A DNA stretch of 50,620 nt from Octopus bimaculoides. Its lineage: Eukaryota. The stretch's first letter is position 1. Every line of letters begins with the position of its first letter. Positions 35,161 to 46,203 of the stretch are shown here, piece after piece. The position numbers and the translations under genes are program-made. The stretch is taken from NCBI RefSeq assembly GCF_001194135.2, contig NC_068991.1:17347935-17398554 (forward strand), written 5' to 3'. The notes under the pieces are model-generated. The model made no database searches. It saw only the letters and a program-made list of their open reading frames with translations, and had not been told where the DNA came from.

Positions 35161-35774
35161 TAAGCAAAATAGCTAGTTGTAAAGCCTCAAGAAGAGATGG
35201 GAGTAGTAACTATAATAAAAAGTAAAATTAATCGCCACATCAAAGTGGCTGTTCCATGTTACTACTAGTTTAATCCCAGACAAGATCTTCCGTTACTTAG
35301 CCCGTCTGTAACGCTTTCACGTGATTAGTTGAAGGGAAATGCGAAGAGCGAAAGAAAACGGAGAGGGGAAAAGAGGGTAAGGGAGAGGTGCTGTGTATTA
35401 AGTCTATAAAATTGCGCATTAAGTGTATAAAGTGTGTATATGAAGTGCATTATGTAATGCTCGTATTCCAATTTTCAGTGATTAAGAGATGAGCAACTAT
35501 CTTTTGATAGAGACACAACAGAGGTTGCACTTCCAGGTTTTTGGATAGTTTTCAGAAATAACCCAGTAGATTTACCATTAATTCCATGAAATATTCACGG
35601 GTCCCGCTAGTAAGTATGTATGTATGTATGTATGTATAAAATGCGTGCACACACACATGCATGCACGTCTGTGTTTGTCTTTTACCGCTTGATGACCGGT
35701 TTTGGCTTGTTTGCTTACCTATAACTGACTTGTTAATTGAATTGTTGCATCGCTCTTTCCTCGCTTCGCTTTAG

Positions 35775-35867
35775 ATTCACATTTTACATTATTCGGAAAA
35801 ATATCCTAATAGTGAAAAAGCTTCAAAATACAAGGGTGGCTTGTTAGTTGTCGCTTACTTCGTCAAG
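35775..35867 (+). CDS. Alpha-carbonic anhydrase exon 5
   Basis: Acceptor ctttcctcgcttcgctttag| and donor AAG|gtaaga; 93 nt, phase 0-0. Translates IHILHYSEKYPNSEKASKYKGGLLVVAYFVK, containing His119 and a GLAVL-like motif. Confidence 0.93.
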
Positions 35868-36481
35868 GTAAGACTAATTTTTTATCAACTTCCAAGACTA
35901 ACTCTCTCCCTTGCATTTTTTCTTTCCTCTTTTTCTTTCTTTATCTCCCCCCCTCTCTCTCACACACACTCTCTCATACTTATTCTTTCTCTTTTTCTTT
36001 TCCTTTTTCTTTTTGTTTTCCTTTTTCTCTCAACACTAAAATGATTCTATGTTTGACATTTCAGATCTTGTTTTGGTGCACCTCTGACTTTGTTTCCTCA
36101 TAACTTTCAGAAAAACGTATTCATTTTTTTTTTTTTTTCAATAAAATTTTACAGAGATACATCTCCGAAGGTGAAGATTGCGAGTACCTTGATGGAATTT
36201 AGAAAACATTATCTGTATATATATGTATANNNNNNNNNNNNNNNNNNNNNNNNNNNNNNNNNNNNNNNNNNNNNNNNNNNNNNNNNNNNNNNNNNNNNNN
36301 NNNNNNNNNNNNNNNNNNNNNNNNNNNNNNNNNNNNNNNNNNNNNNNNNNNNNNNNNNNNNNNNNNNNNNNNNNNNNNNNNNNNNNNNNNNNNNNNNNNN
36401 NNNNNNNNNNNNNNNNNNNNNNNNNNNNNNNNNNNNNNNNNNNNNNNNATATATAAATAGCCTTTCTTTTCTAATTTGCAG

Positions 36482-36554
36482 AATGATAAATCATATGCAG
36501 ACAATGAAGATTTGGCCGACGTAGTGAAAAATGTCAAAATGGTAAAATTTAAAG
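36482..36554 (+). CDS. Alpha-carbonic anhydrase exon 6
   Basis: Acceptor ctttcttttctaatttgcag| and donor G|gtaaat; phase 0-1 bridges exons 5 and 7 exactly. Translates NDKSYADNEDLADVVKNVKMVKFK. Confidence 0.85.
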
Positions 36555-37439
36555 GTAAATTGTAAATTTATATGAACATACACTGAGTAATTGCTACAGA
36601 GGACGATTAAAAATAAGAAACGAATTTTAGAGTAACGGTCTTGCATGCATGTGTGCGTGCATGCAATGTGTGCGTGCGTGTGAGCTGGGGAGTCAGACAG
36701 GGACCAAGACTTTTCCTGCATTAGGAATCAACTGGACTAGTTTTCCTTCCTGCCATGGTACATATTCCATGATGATTCGTTTCACTAAAACAACTAAATT
36801 CATGTGCATATCTTTTTGAATGTTCTATTATATTGCATGTAATTCTTTTCGTTCGCTTTGAAAATATATTATTACATACACACACGCATGCACCTTTCCT
36901 CGGCGCCTGGCCTTGTATACGCATCTGCACACATTGTTCATACACACATATATGTTGACATTGTCACATTCATGCACCACACCATGCCTTTCTCGCTTAT
37001 TTTTCATGCTCCCTGCGCACTTGTAGACACAACTCGCCTCTGTAAGACCCTAGGTCAGTCACGTATACATAGAGAAAGTTGTTTGTCACTTACATCGCGC
37101 CAGCATGCCACACTTTTGCTCCTGCACATTTCAAAGCATTTAATACCTCATGCACCGGCTGGCATATTCAGCACTGGCATATTCACCATGAAAAATAAGT
37201 GAGAAAGTTATATATATTTATCGCCATCGTCTTCCACGCATGCATGGGTAGGACAGCTGACAGGAGCCGGTCAGGTAGAAAATCTACCCACGGCTACTCT
37301 GTTTTAGTAGGGATTTTGGTAGTCATTCTAAAATTGTTTTTTAACGTAGGCATGCCCAAACAAGTTGAATGTTTACACAGAGCAGGTTTTACAGCCATAA
37401 CATCCAAACTGACCAGGTGAAACTGGGCTTAGCTGCTAG

Positions 37440-37471
<32 letters not shown>

Positions 37472-37484
37472 TATTTATATACAT

Positions 37485-37543
<59 letters not shown>

Positions 37544-37549
37544 CATACA

Positions 37550-37581
<32 letters not shown>

Positions 37582-37701
37582 GGTATGTACGTTTGTTGAA
37601 GTAATTTTACATTGAAATGTTCTCACAAATATAGAAAAACATTTACATATTTCAATAGTAAATAACCCATTAATTATAATTGCTTTTCCTATAATCTAAT
37701 A

Positions 37702-38064
37702 TTCTTTTACTTGTTTCAGTCATTTGACTGCAGCTGTGTTTTTTGTTGAACAATTCTACCCCAGGACTTGTTTTTAAGTCTAGTACTTATTCCATTGTCT
37801 CTTTGCCGAATCACCAAGTTACGGAGACATAGATACACCAGAACCTGTTGTCAAGCGATGATGGTGGGGACAAACAGACACAAAAATGCACACATATACA
37901 CGATGGGCTTCTTTCAGTTTCTGCTTATCAGATCCACTCATAAGGCTTTGGTCAGTCCAAGGCTATAGTAGAAGACACTTGCCCAAGGTGCCACATAGTG
38001 AGACTGAACTCAGAATCATGTAGTTGGGAACCAAGCTTCTTACCACACAGCCATGCCTGCACCT
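37702..38064 (-). mobile_element. SINE family B
   Basis: Reverse-strand homolog of 12134-12421 plus 22065-22270. Confidence 0.85.
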
Positions 38065-38519
38065 ATGATATAACTTTCTTGTTTTTATTTTTAGCATATT
38101 TACCATATAGATGAATAATTGTCGTGAAGTAGAATTTCTGTTTATTTTTTATTCTTTTGTTAACTATAGATGTTATCAGAAGTCAAATAATAAACAGGCT
38201 TTTCTCTGTGTGTGTGGGGGGGGGGGTAGGCAGGCAGGCAGGCAGGTAGGTAGGTAGGCAGGCAGCAAAAGTGAGAACATACAAAGTATCATCCTGCTAA
38301 GCCACTTGAACTATCCAAAAGGATATTACTTTGCATGAGAAAATACAATATTAAACCACATGTACTCAGCAACCACAAACTTTCCCCCACAAGTTGAAGC
38401 AAAAAATGTAAGAAGCTTGTAAAACTCAAATATCTTGACAATCTTAGACTGAGCCAAATCTCAAAGTCATCTATATATCTATGTTATAATATATGTAACG
38501 GTATTATTTTCCTTTACAG

Positions 38520-38677
38520 GTAATAGATACCCCGTGATTTCTTGGAAGCTAGAGGCATTTTTTCCTGTTAATCAAACTTGTTATTACCGTTATGAAGGCA
38601 GTTTGACATACCCACCTTGTTGGGAGACAGTTATATGGGTAATATTCAAGGATGCACTTCAAATATCTTCAGGTCAG
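38520..38677 (+). CDS. Alpha-carbonic anhydrase exon 7
   Basis: Acceptor ttttcctttacag| and donor CAG|gtaagg. Translates (G)NRYPVISWKLEAFFPVNQTCYYRYEGSLTYPPCWETVIWVIFKDALQISSGQ, containing a GSLTTPPC-like motif. Confidence 0.96.
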
Positions 38678-38957
38678 GTAAGGCAAGAGTGTGAGGAAGT
38701 AAATGCATATGTACATACATGCATACATACAAATACGTATATACTCACAAATATATACATACAAATATATATACGCGCATACAAAATATATGGATACAGA
38801 TCTACATCTGCTGGTGACTACATAGGTACTAAAACAAGCAGCGAAAGCATAGTACATGCTTCAAAGTTCTACCTCCTTGCCAGTGACGGCAGTATTTTTC
38901 AGTTCATATGTATGTTTTTGTGTGTACAGAGAGAGAGAGAGACAGACAAACAGACAA

Positions 38958-38991
<34 letters not shown>

Positions 38992-39214
38992 CTTATTTAT
39001 TATACAAATGCGAGTGTATGTGGTTATGCATCCTTGAGCAAAACGAATTTGATTTTCGAAACCTATGTCCCAAAGAAAATGTCATCTGTAAAAAAATTCA
39101 AAATATATAATTTTCTACCAGAAATACCTCAACTTTTAGATCGACAGTTCTCCTTCTCTATCTGTCACTGTGAATCTCTTTCTCTCTATTATTTACCACA
39201 TGCTTTATCACACA

Positions 39215-39246
<32 letters not shown>

Positions 39247-41098
39247 ATGTATTATCTCTCACACATTGCTTTCATTTTGTTTAAAACTTCGTCNNNNNNN
39301 NNNNNNNNNNNNNNNNNNNNNNNNNNNNNNNNNNNNNNNNNNNNNNNNNNNNNNNNNNNNNNNNNNNNNNNNNNNNNNNNNNNNNNNNNNNNNNNNNNNN
39401 NNNNNNNNNNNNNNNNNNNNNNNNNNNNNNNNNNNNNNNNNNNNNNNNNNNNNNNNNNNNNNNNNNNNNNNNNNNNNNNNNNNNNNNNNNNNNNNNNNNN
39501 NNNNNNNNNNNNNNNNNNNNNNNNNNNNNNNNNNNNNNNNNNNNNNNNNNNNNNNNNNNNNNNNNNNNNNNNNNNNNNNNNNNNNNNNNNNNNNNNNNNN
39601 NNNNNNNNNNNNNNNNNNNNNNNNNNNNNNNNNNNNNNNNNNNNNNNNNNNNNNNNNNNNNNNNNNNNNNNNNNNNNNNNNNNNNNNNNNNNNNNNNNNN
39701 NNNNNNNNNNNNNNNNNNNNNNNNNNNNNNNNNNNNNNNNNNNNNNNNNNNNNNNNNNNNNNNNNNNNNNNNNNNNNNNNNNNNNNNNNNNNNNNNNNNN
39801 NNNNNNNNNNNNNNNNNNNNNNNNNNNNNNNNNNNNNNNNNNNNNNNNNNNNNNNNNNNNNNNNNNNNNNNNNNNNNNNNNNNNNNNNNNNNNNNNNNNN
39901 NNNNNNNNNNNNNNNNNNNNNNNNNNNNNNNNNNNNNNNNNNNNNNNNNNNNNNNNNNNNNNNNNNNNNNNNNNNNNNNNNNNNNNNNNNNNNNNNNNNN
40001 NNNNNNNNNNNNNNNNNNNNNNNNNNNNNNNNNNNNNNNNNNNNNNNNNNNNNNNNNNNNNNNNNNNNNNNNNNNNNNNNNNNNNNNNNNNNNNNNNNNN
40101 NNNNNNNNNNNNNNNNNNNNNNNNNNNNNNNNNNNNNNNNNNNNNAAAGGTCTCCACCACCACCACATCACTTGCAAGATGGTGGAAATCCATTTTATGT
40201 GGGTGCGCTTGCTATTCTCAAAGTCCACCAAGGCACTCTATTGCGAAAATTACCTGCCAACAATGACATACTCAGCCAGTGTGTGTGTGTGTGTGTGTTT
40301 GTTTATTACAGCAAAAGCTGAATCTGTATTTTAGAGAAATATTGAGCTTTGTTTTTAATAACTAGTTGATCTAGCAAGCGGGGCCTCATATCAGTGAAGG
40401 GGGCCGGTGCGCATTGATGCCGTCGAGAAGTAGGCCCTGAAACGGCGCGCATTCTCTCCTGGTGACCCCATACACTTGCTGGCTTCCGGTATGCGGAGTT
40501 CTTGACTGGTAGCACTTGCATGTACAAGTTGTTTGCAAGACATTTAACTTCAGTCTGGGTTGCTGACAACTGAGATGTAATTAACTTGAACCATATAGTT
40601 GGGAAGCAAACTTCTTACCACACAGCCACACCTGTGCCTATGCATACATACTTACATATGTATATACACACACACACACACACATATTGTCTATCTATCT
40701 ATCTATCTCTAAATATATATGTATGTATGCATTATTTAGAAGCTTTTGCAAAAATTATTTCATACAGCTACAATAATTAGTTTTAAAAGTTATTCACTAT
40801 TTAGAATAATTCTTTTATTTAAGAGAATGTCACTAACCTTTGTGGAAGACGTTTGTGTGTAGTATGTATTTTGTGTTTAAGTGCTTTTGTTTTTCAACTC
40901 ATCTAACACATGCATTCCAGGCTAATGTACATAGAGGAAGTTGTCTTTTTTGTGATGGTGTTACCTATTTGCAGTTCAGTTCTGGAATTATAATTTATAA
41001 AATTTCCACAAAAGTTAGTGACACTCTCTTAAATAAAAGAATTTTTATGAATAGTTAACTTGTAAAAAAAAAAATATATTTTTAATTATATACCTATG

Positions 41099-41138
<40 letters not shown>

Positions 41139-41144
<6 letters not shown>

Positions 41145-41352
41145 GCTGCTGAAAAGTTCCTAGATTTAAAGGTGTCATGAAAGGCCTGGTTGGAGGCCCA
41201 GCCTTCCGAGTTCTTTTACAGGGCTTAGAAAAACTGGAGGACTACTGCAATAAGTGTGTGAATTTGAAAGGGTAACATGTTGAATAAAATCAGAATTAAC
41301 TGATCTTGTATTTTCTTTTACCCTAAGCCAGAAAGTTTTAAGCAACCCCTCA
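41139..41352 (-). mobile_element. Mariner-derived MITE in a (TA)n tract, ending 16 nt before CA exon 8
   Basis: TA|TGAGAGGCTGCTGAAAAGTTCC...AGCAACCCCTCA|TA; its reverse complement aligns with 32001-32174. Confidence 0.75.
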
Positions 41353-41368
41353 TATATATATATTACAG

Positions 41369-41623
41369 ATGAATGAATTCCGTACTAATTTGGATGAGCT
41401 TGATGAATCAGCAGTGAGAATATTAATGGGAAACAACTTTCGACCCCTTCAGGAGCTAAATGATAGAATTATCTACCGCAGCTGTGATCCAGTTATGAGT
41501 GATGTGACTTCATCATTGTCCTGGTCTGCTGTACTACTGATGCTTTGTCAAGTGGGAATCTTCATGGATAATAGTTACTTCTGGTATCTTGTGCTACACA
41601 AATATCGCCCAACAGAATGGTAA
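41369..41623 (+). CDS. Alpha-carbonic anhydrase exon 8 (terminal, hydrophobic C-tail)
   Basis: Acceptor tattacag|. Translates MNEFRTNL...NNFRPLQELNDRIIYRS (NFRPxQxLNxR motif), then SCDPVMSDVTSSLSWSAVLLMLCQVGIFMDNSYFWYLVLHKYRPTEW*. The eight exons sum to 981 nt = 327 codons. Confidence 0.95.
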   Translation: MNEFRTNLDELDESAVRILMGNNFRPLQELNDRIIYRSCDPVMSDVTSSLSWSAVLLMLCQVGIFMDNSYFWYLVLHKYRPTEW

Positions 41624-41899
41624 CTCAAGTGCTGTTCTTTAATGACTCAATTGTTGTGTTGTTTCTTTAGCGACTTGTGTGTTGCCATTGTCATCTTTAT
41701 CAGCAACCAAAATAAAACTCAGCATTGAGCAACTAAACAAGGAAATAACAAAAGATAAATATACTACAAGAAGGCAGTGAAATAGTAAACATATCCAACA
41801 CAAGCTGCAAATTTAACATTCACAGTATTCTACATCATCATCAACAGCAATAACAGCCACACTAACAATCTCAAAGACTACATCTCCAAAACATGAGAA

Positions 41900-42410
41900 G
41901 ATAAGCACCTTCTACCTAGACCCTTATTTTAAACCCTTCCTTCTGTCAGACACTTAAAAGAAGCAATAGGGATATGTAAAAAGTTAAAAAGGCTTGGGGT
42001 CAGACAAACCTACAAACATCCACCATAAGCATTGTGTGCTGCACGCACTAACATATACAGCTAACTGTATCAGCATTGATAAATTCCAAGGTTCTGGAGC
42101 TGAGGAAAATCAATTCTAAAGTCCAACAAAATTCAAAGTGAAGTAACATTATATAGGATCATCACTTTGCTATTACATACCCTCAAAAATTCCAGGAAGA
42201 CTTATCCTTGATATCACTAATCTACACATCGCCATTCCCCAACACAAAAGTCGCTAAAGAAACAACACTGGCCACTGTACACAACCACCACACTTCTTCT
42301 CAAAAGCCTGATACAGAATGTATATGATGTCATAAAAGAAAAAACTACCATTTGTACCATTCTAACCACCATTGATATCAGCAAAGTTTCAACTCCATTT
42401 CTTACTGTCT
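41900..42410 (+). mobile_element. Decayed LINE reverse transcriptase remnant
   Basis: TILTTIDISK (xDISKAFD-like motif) near 42355-42390, preceded by broken RT-like motifs. Confidence 0.5.
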
Positions 42411-43767
42411 AACTCATACAAAAGTGTGTGATAATGCTGATCTGGATCTATGGAAACCATATTTGTGGTTTAAGAGTTAACAAAGACTCAATTTAGTAAA
42501 GAAAATGGTTGTTTAGGACTGATTCCATCATTTTGATTTGTTGTGTTGCTGTACATGTTGTGGCACTCTGAGTAACCTTAACACAAGTAGGTAGTAGGTC
42601 AAAGGATGAGATGTAATCCACAAATTCTCAGTTCCAAGGTTATATGATTAACATTTGATATGTTGAAAGTGAAGGTCTTCATGCATCAGTTGTTGGTAGA
42701 GATGTGTAAGCTGGAACATGCTGTCTCATGTTTTCATAAGTTGGTTGAAGAACATCTCCACAGATATGGAAATACTGGAGTATTTGGTGTACCAGTTGTG
42801 CATTGTTAGAAAGTATATAGAGAGTTATCAGGGGGTGGTCGTCTGGTTGGAGTTTTCACACTTGATAACATAAAATGTCGAGATGGAATTGAGGAGAGTT
42901 CTGTTAAGATTTTGTTGCGTATACACATGTGTATATGCATTTGTCTATGAGCATGCGTGTATGTGTGTGTGTGTGTGTGCACATGTGCATTCATATTTGA
43001 ATGTGGGTCTTCACAACTGGCATTGTTTATGTTTCTTATAAACAAAATATCTAGCAGTAATTCAATAAAACAAAGGTTGGTACAAGAAAGGGCATCCAGC
43101 CATAGAAGACTGTCTCAAGAAATCTCATCTAACTTATGATAGTATTGAAAGAGCAAGTGTAAAGACAAAAGGAAACAAATGCCTTGTGTCTACAATTTCT
43201 GACTGCAGTCAATAGCCTGGAAATGGAGATGGCCTCCATGAGAATGGATTGACTTTAAATTACTGCAAAAAGATGAAACCTTTAGTCACAAACAAATGAC
43301 TTGATGAAGGTCAATGAGAGATTTTCAGCTTCACTTTCCAAAGAGAAATAGCTGAATGGACAGGGTATTACTGAATTATATGTTTAAATATTCCGTAAAA
43401 TTTTTTCTGTTGCCACTGGCTCAGAAATTTATTTCTTATAATTTAATACTTCACTTAATCTATTTGTTGGATATAGGTACCAGATGATCTTGAAGTGTTA
43501 TCTGGCAGATGTCCAAAAGGCAAATATATTTCAAAGCTGTAACACATAACTTTGATTTATTTTGTTATATGAATTGTGTGTATGTTTATTTGCATATAGA
43601 TATTTCTATATGTATTTAAGCCAGTGTATTAATGGCACAAAATAATAATATAATGAAGCTTCTTAATAAACAATATACTTTGAATTTCCGTTTTGTTTTG
43701 TGTTTCTACTTACGACAAAGTGGCTTATAATTGGCTTTGGGTATAGCAAAGATTTTTCTACTTATAA

Positions 43768-44108
43768 TTCTTTTATTCTTTTGTTTATTTGATTGCAGCC
43801 ATACAGGAGCACCACCTTGAAGTGTTATTTTTTTAGCCTTATACTTATTCTCTCGGTCTCTTGTACCAAACCACTAAGTTATGGGGATGTAAACACACCA
43901 ACACCAGTTGTCAAGCAGTGATGAGGATACAGACACAAAGACACACACATATAAATATATACATATGATGGGCTTCTTTCAGTTTCCGTCTACCAAATCC
44001 ACTCACAAGGCTTTGATCGGTCCAAGGCTGTAGAAAACACTTACATAAGGTGTTACGCAGTGGGACTGAACCTACAACCATGTGGTTGGGAAGCAAGCTT
44101 CTTAGCAT
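43768..44108 (-). mobile_element. SINE family B
   Basis: Reverse-strand homolog of the other family-B copies. Confidence 0.8.
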
Positions 44109-44119
44109 AGAGTACTTTT

Positions 44120-44800
44120 TTCATTATAATTTACCCTTCAGATTTGTCAATGGACCATGGTCAAACATTGAGAACTGCAGTCTTAAAATTAAATGAAAAG
44201 GAATTCTTGGGATAAACATATTCTCAGCAGCAGCAGCACGGCCTTTCAATATTATTGTTTCAATCAAATATGACACCAGATGTTTTACTACCAATGTAAT
44301 AAATGTAGAGCATACAGGTTTTAAAGATAAATTTGAGTCTATAAAGTGGCATACAATGTAAATGAATATACGCGAGAACCTCACTGAGGTAGTTCATAAA
44401 TGCTTTGGGAACTGAGAACTAAAACAGGGTCTACAGATTTATACACAACTTAACCACCATGCAATTGTTGAACAATCTGCTCACTGATCAAATATTGGTT
44501 GGATAAATACTATTCTTTCACAGAGCCTTTTGTGGTTGTGGTAGCTGCACTGAATGCTGGAATAAGCTAGATTTTAAGTCCTTCCTTAATTGATAATGGC
44601 AAGAGCAAAGCTCAGCCATAAATATTCCCATTTTGATGAAGCAAAATATTTCCAAGTTCCAAAAAGTCTTTTAGTAAAATAGTTTCTCAAACAGAAAATG
44701 TAAAACTCTGCTGTTTCCCTTTTTATTTCCTTCCTGCCAACTTCAACCTGAATATTTAGTAAAACAGATCAGTATTAATTAGTCACTATTAAGGTAAGCT
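44120..44800 (-). mobile_element. Helitron RepHel PIF1-like helicase remnant
   Basis: The minus strand gives EQIVQQLHG...YKSVDPV, FMNYL and LVVKHL...IETIILKG...ENMFIPRIP...RLQF, matching the Helitron helicase C-terminus (GExVxIPRIxLxP...RxQFP). Confidence 0.72.
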
Positions 44801-45944
44801 CATGTTTGCTACCAGATTCAGTATCTTAAAACACGATTCCACAAATGTGAAGATTTCATGTAGCTTCTGATTTGATCAGCTCTTGTCATTTTTGAAAAGA
44901 CTGAAAATGTCACTGTTTTCATATATATATATATATAAATATGTGCATGCATGTGTGTATGTGTGTTAACATTTACACAAGTCTACAAAGCAGCACCGGT
45001 TATGCTTTGTACTGTTATGTCTCATAACTTGGCACTTCAACAAATTAAGATCAACTAACCAATAAGTAGATGACTGAGACACTGAACAGCCATGCTACAG
45101 TATCACTGTAGTCCAATGACTAAAACCAGTATAAAAACAACATATGCCATCATCATCATAATCATAATGATCGCAATGAAACAAAGAGCAACAAACATAA
45201 TTACATAAAAGAGGACAGCATGTTTATTTAGTAAAATCTTCCAACCTTGAGTAAAATGTCAGCATCAACATCACATTCAAATAGGATAAAATACATTTAA
45301 AAAAAAAACAAAAAACAAACAAACAAAGAGGACTCTTAAGACAGTGGGAGGAGTTACTATCAAGGAATATAGATGGCGGCAGACGAAAATGGTTGTCACT
45401 GGTTTTCTGTCTGTCAGGATAGCAAGTCCTAGCTTATGTGTATGTATACATATGTGTATGCATATGTAGTTGTTTCTTTATATATGAAAGGAGAGAGAGA
45501 TTATAGTAAAATGTGTGTATGATATATGTTTGTGAATGCAAATTCATGTGTGCCAGATTACAAGTGAAAAATATTCAGTTTTTTTTTTTTACTTTTTGTA
45601 TATCACTATAAACCATCATTACTACCATTGAGGCTGTTTCTTTTTTTTTCTTTTGTCTTCTGTCAGGCACACAACCAATGTTTGCAAGAAAGGGGTTATG
45701 ATTTGATGAAATCAAAGCTCAGTATAATTAATCACTGGCCCTTATTAACCAAACCCCGCCCGCCACCCAAACCTCAGAAGGATAATGAAAGGGACTTTTG
45801 AACACGACACATAAAAAAGACAAGACTAAAATTCTGAATGGCATGTCTGATGTTTATACTACAGATTTGCAGCCATTTTTTTTTTACCATTATTATAATC
45901 ATTATTATTATCTATTAATTAATCAATTAACTAACTGACGATAA

Positions 45945-46203
45945 CTGCCCCCAAATTCAAGGCTTTGTGCTTTTGAAAGAAGTATAATAATCCTTTCTAC
46001 TAAAGGCACAAGACCTGAAATTTGGGATTGAGGGGACTAGTTGATTACATCAACCCGTTTTTCACTGGTACTTAAGTTATTGACCCTGAAAGGATGAAAA
46101 GCAAAAGTCAACCTTGCAGAATTTGAACTCAGAACATAAAGACTGACGAAATACCACTAAGCATTTTGCCTGACTTGCAACAACTCTGCCAGCTCGCCAC
46201 CTT
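45945..46203 (-). mobile_element. SINE family C
   Basis: aaaggatgaaaagcaaaagtcaacc...gaatttgaactcagaac...ctgccagctcgccacc. Confidence 0.8.

Noticed and set aside
36927-36941. AHIVH, resembling the CA His119 motif
   Set aside because: No acceptor AG before it and no GLAVL-like continuation; the real exon is 35775-35867 with proper splice sites.
36880-37200. Possible piggyBac Cys-rich C-terminal remnant on the minus strand
   Set aside because: Cys spacing is only suggestive and is broken by stops; no TTAA-flanked TIR was seen.
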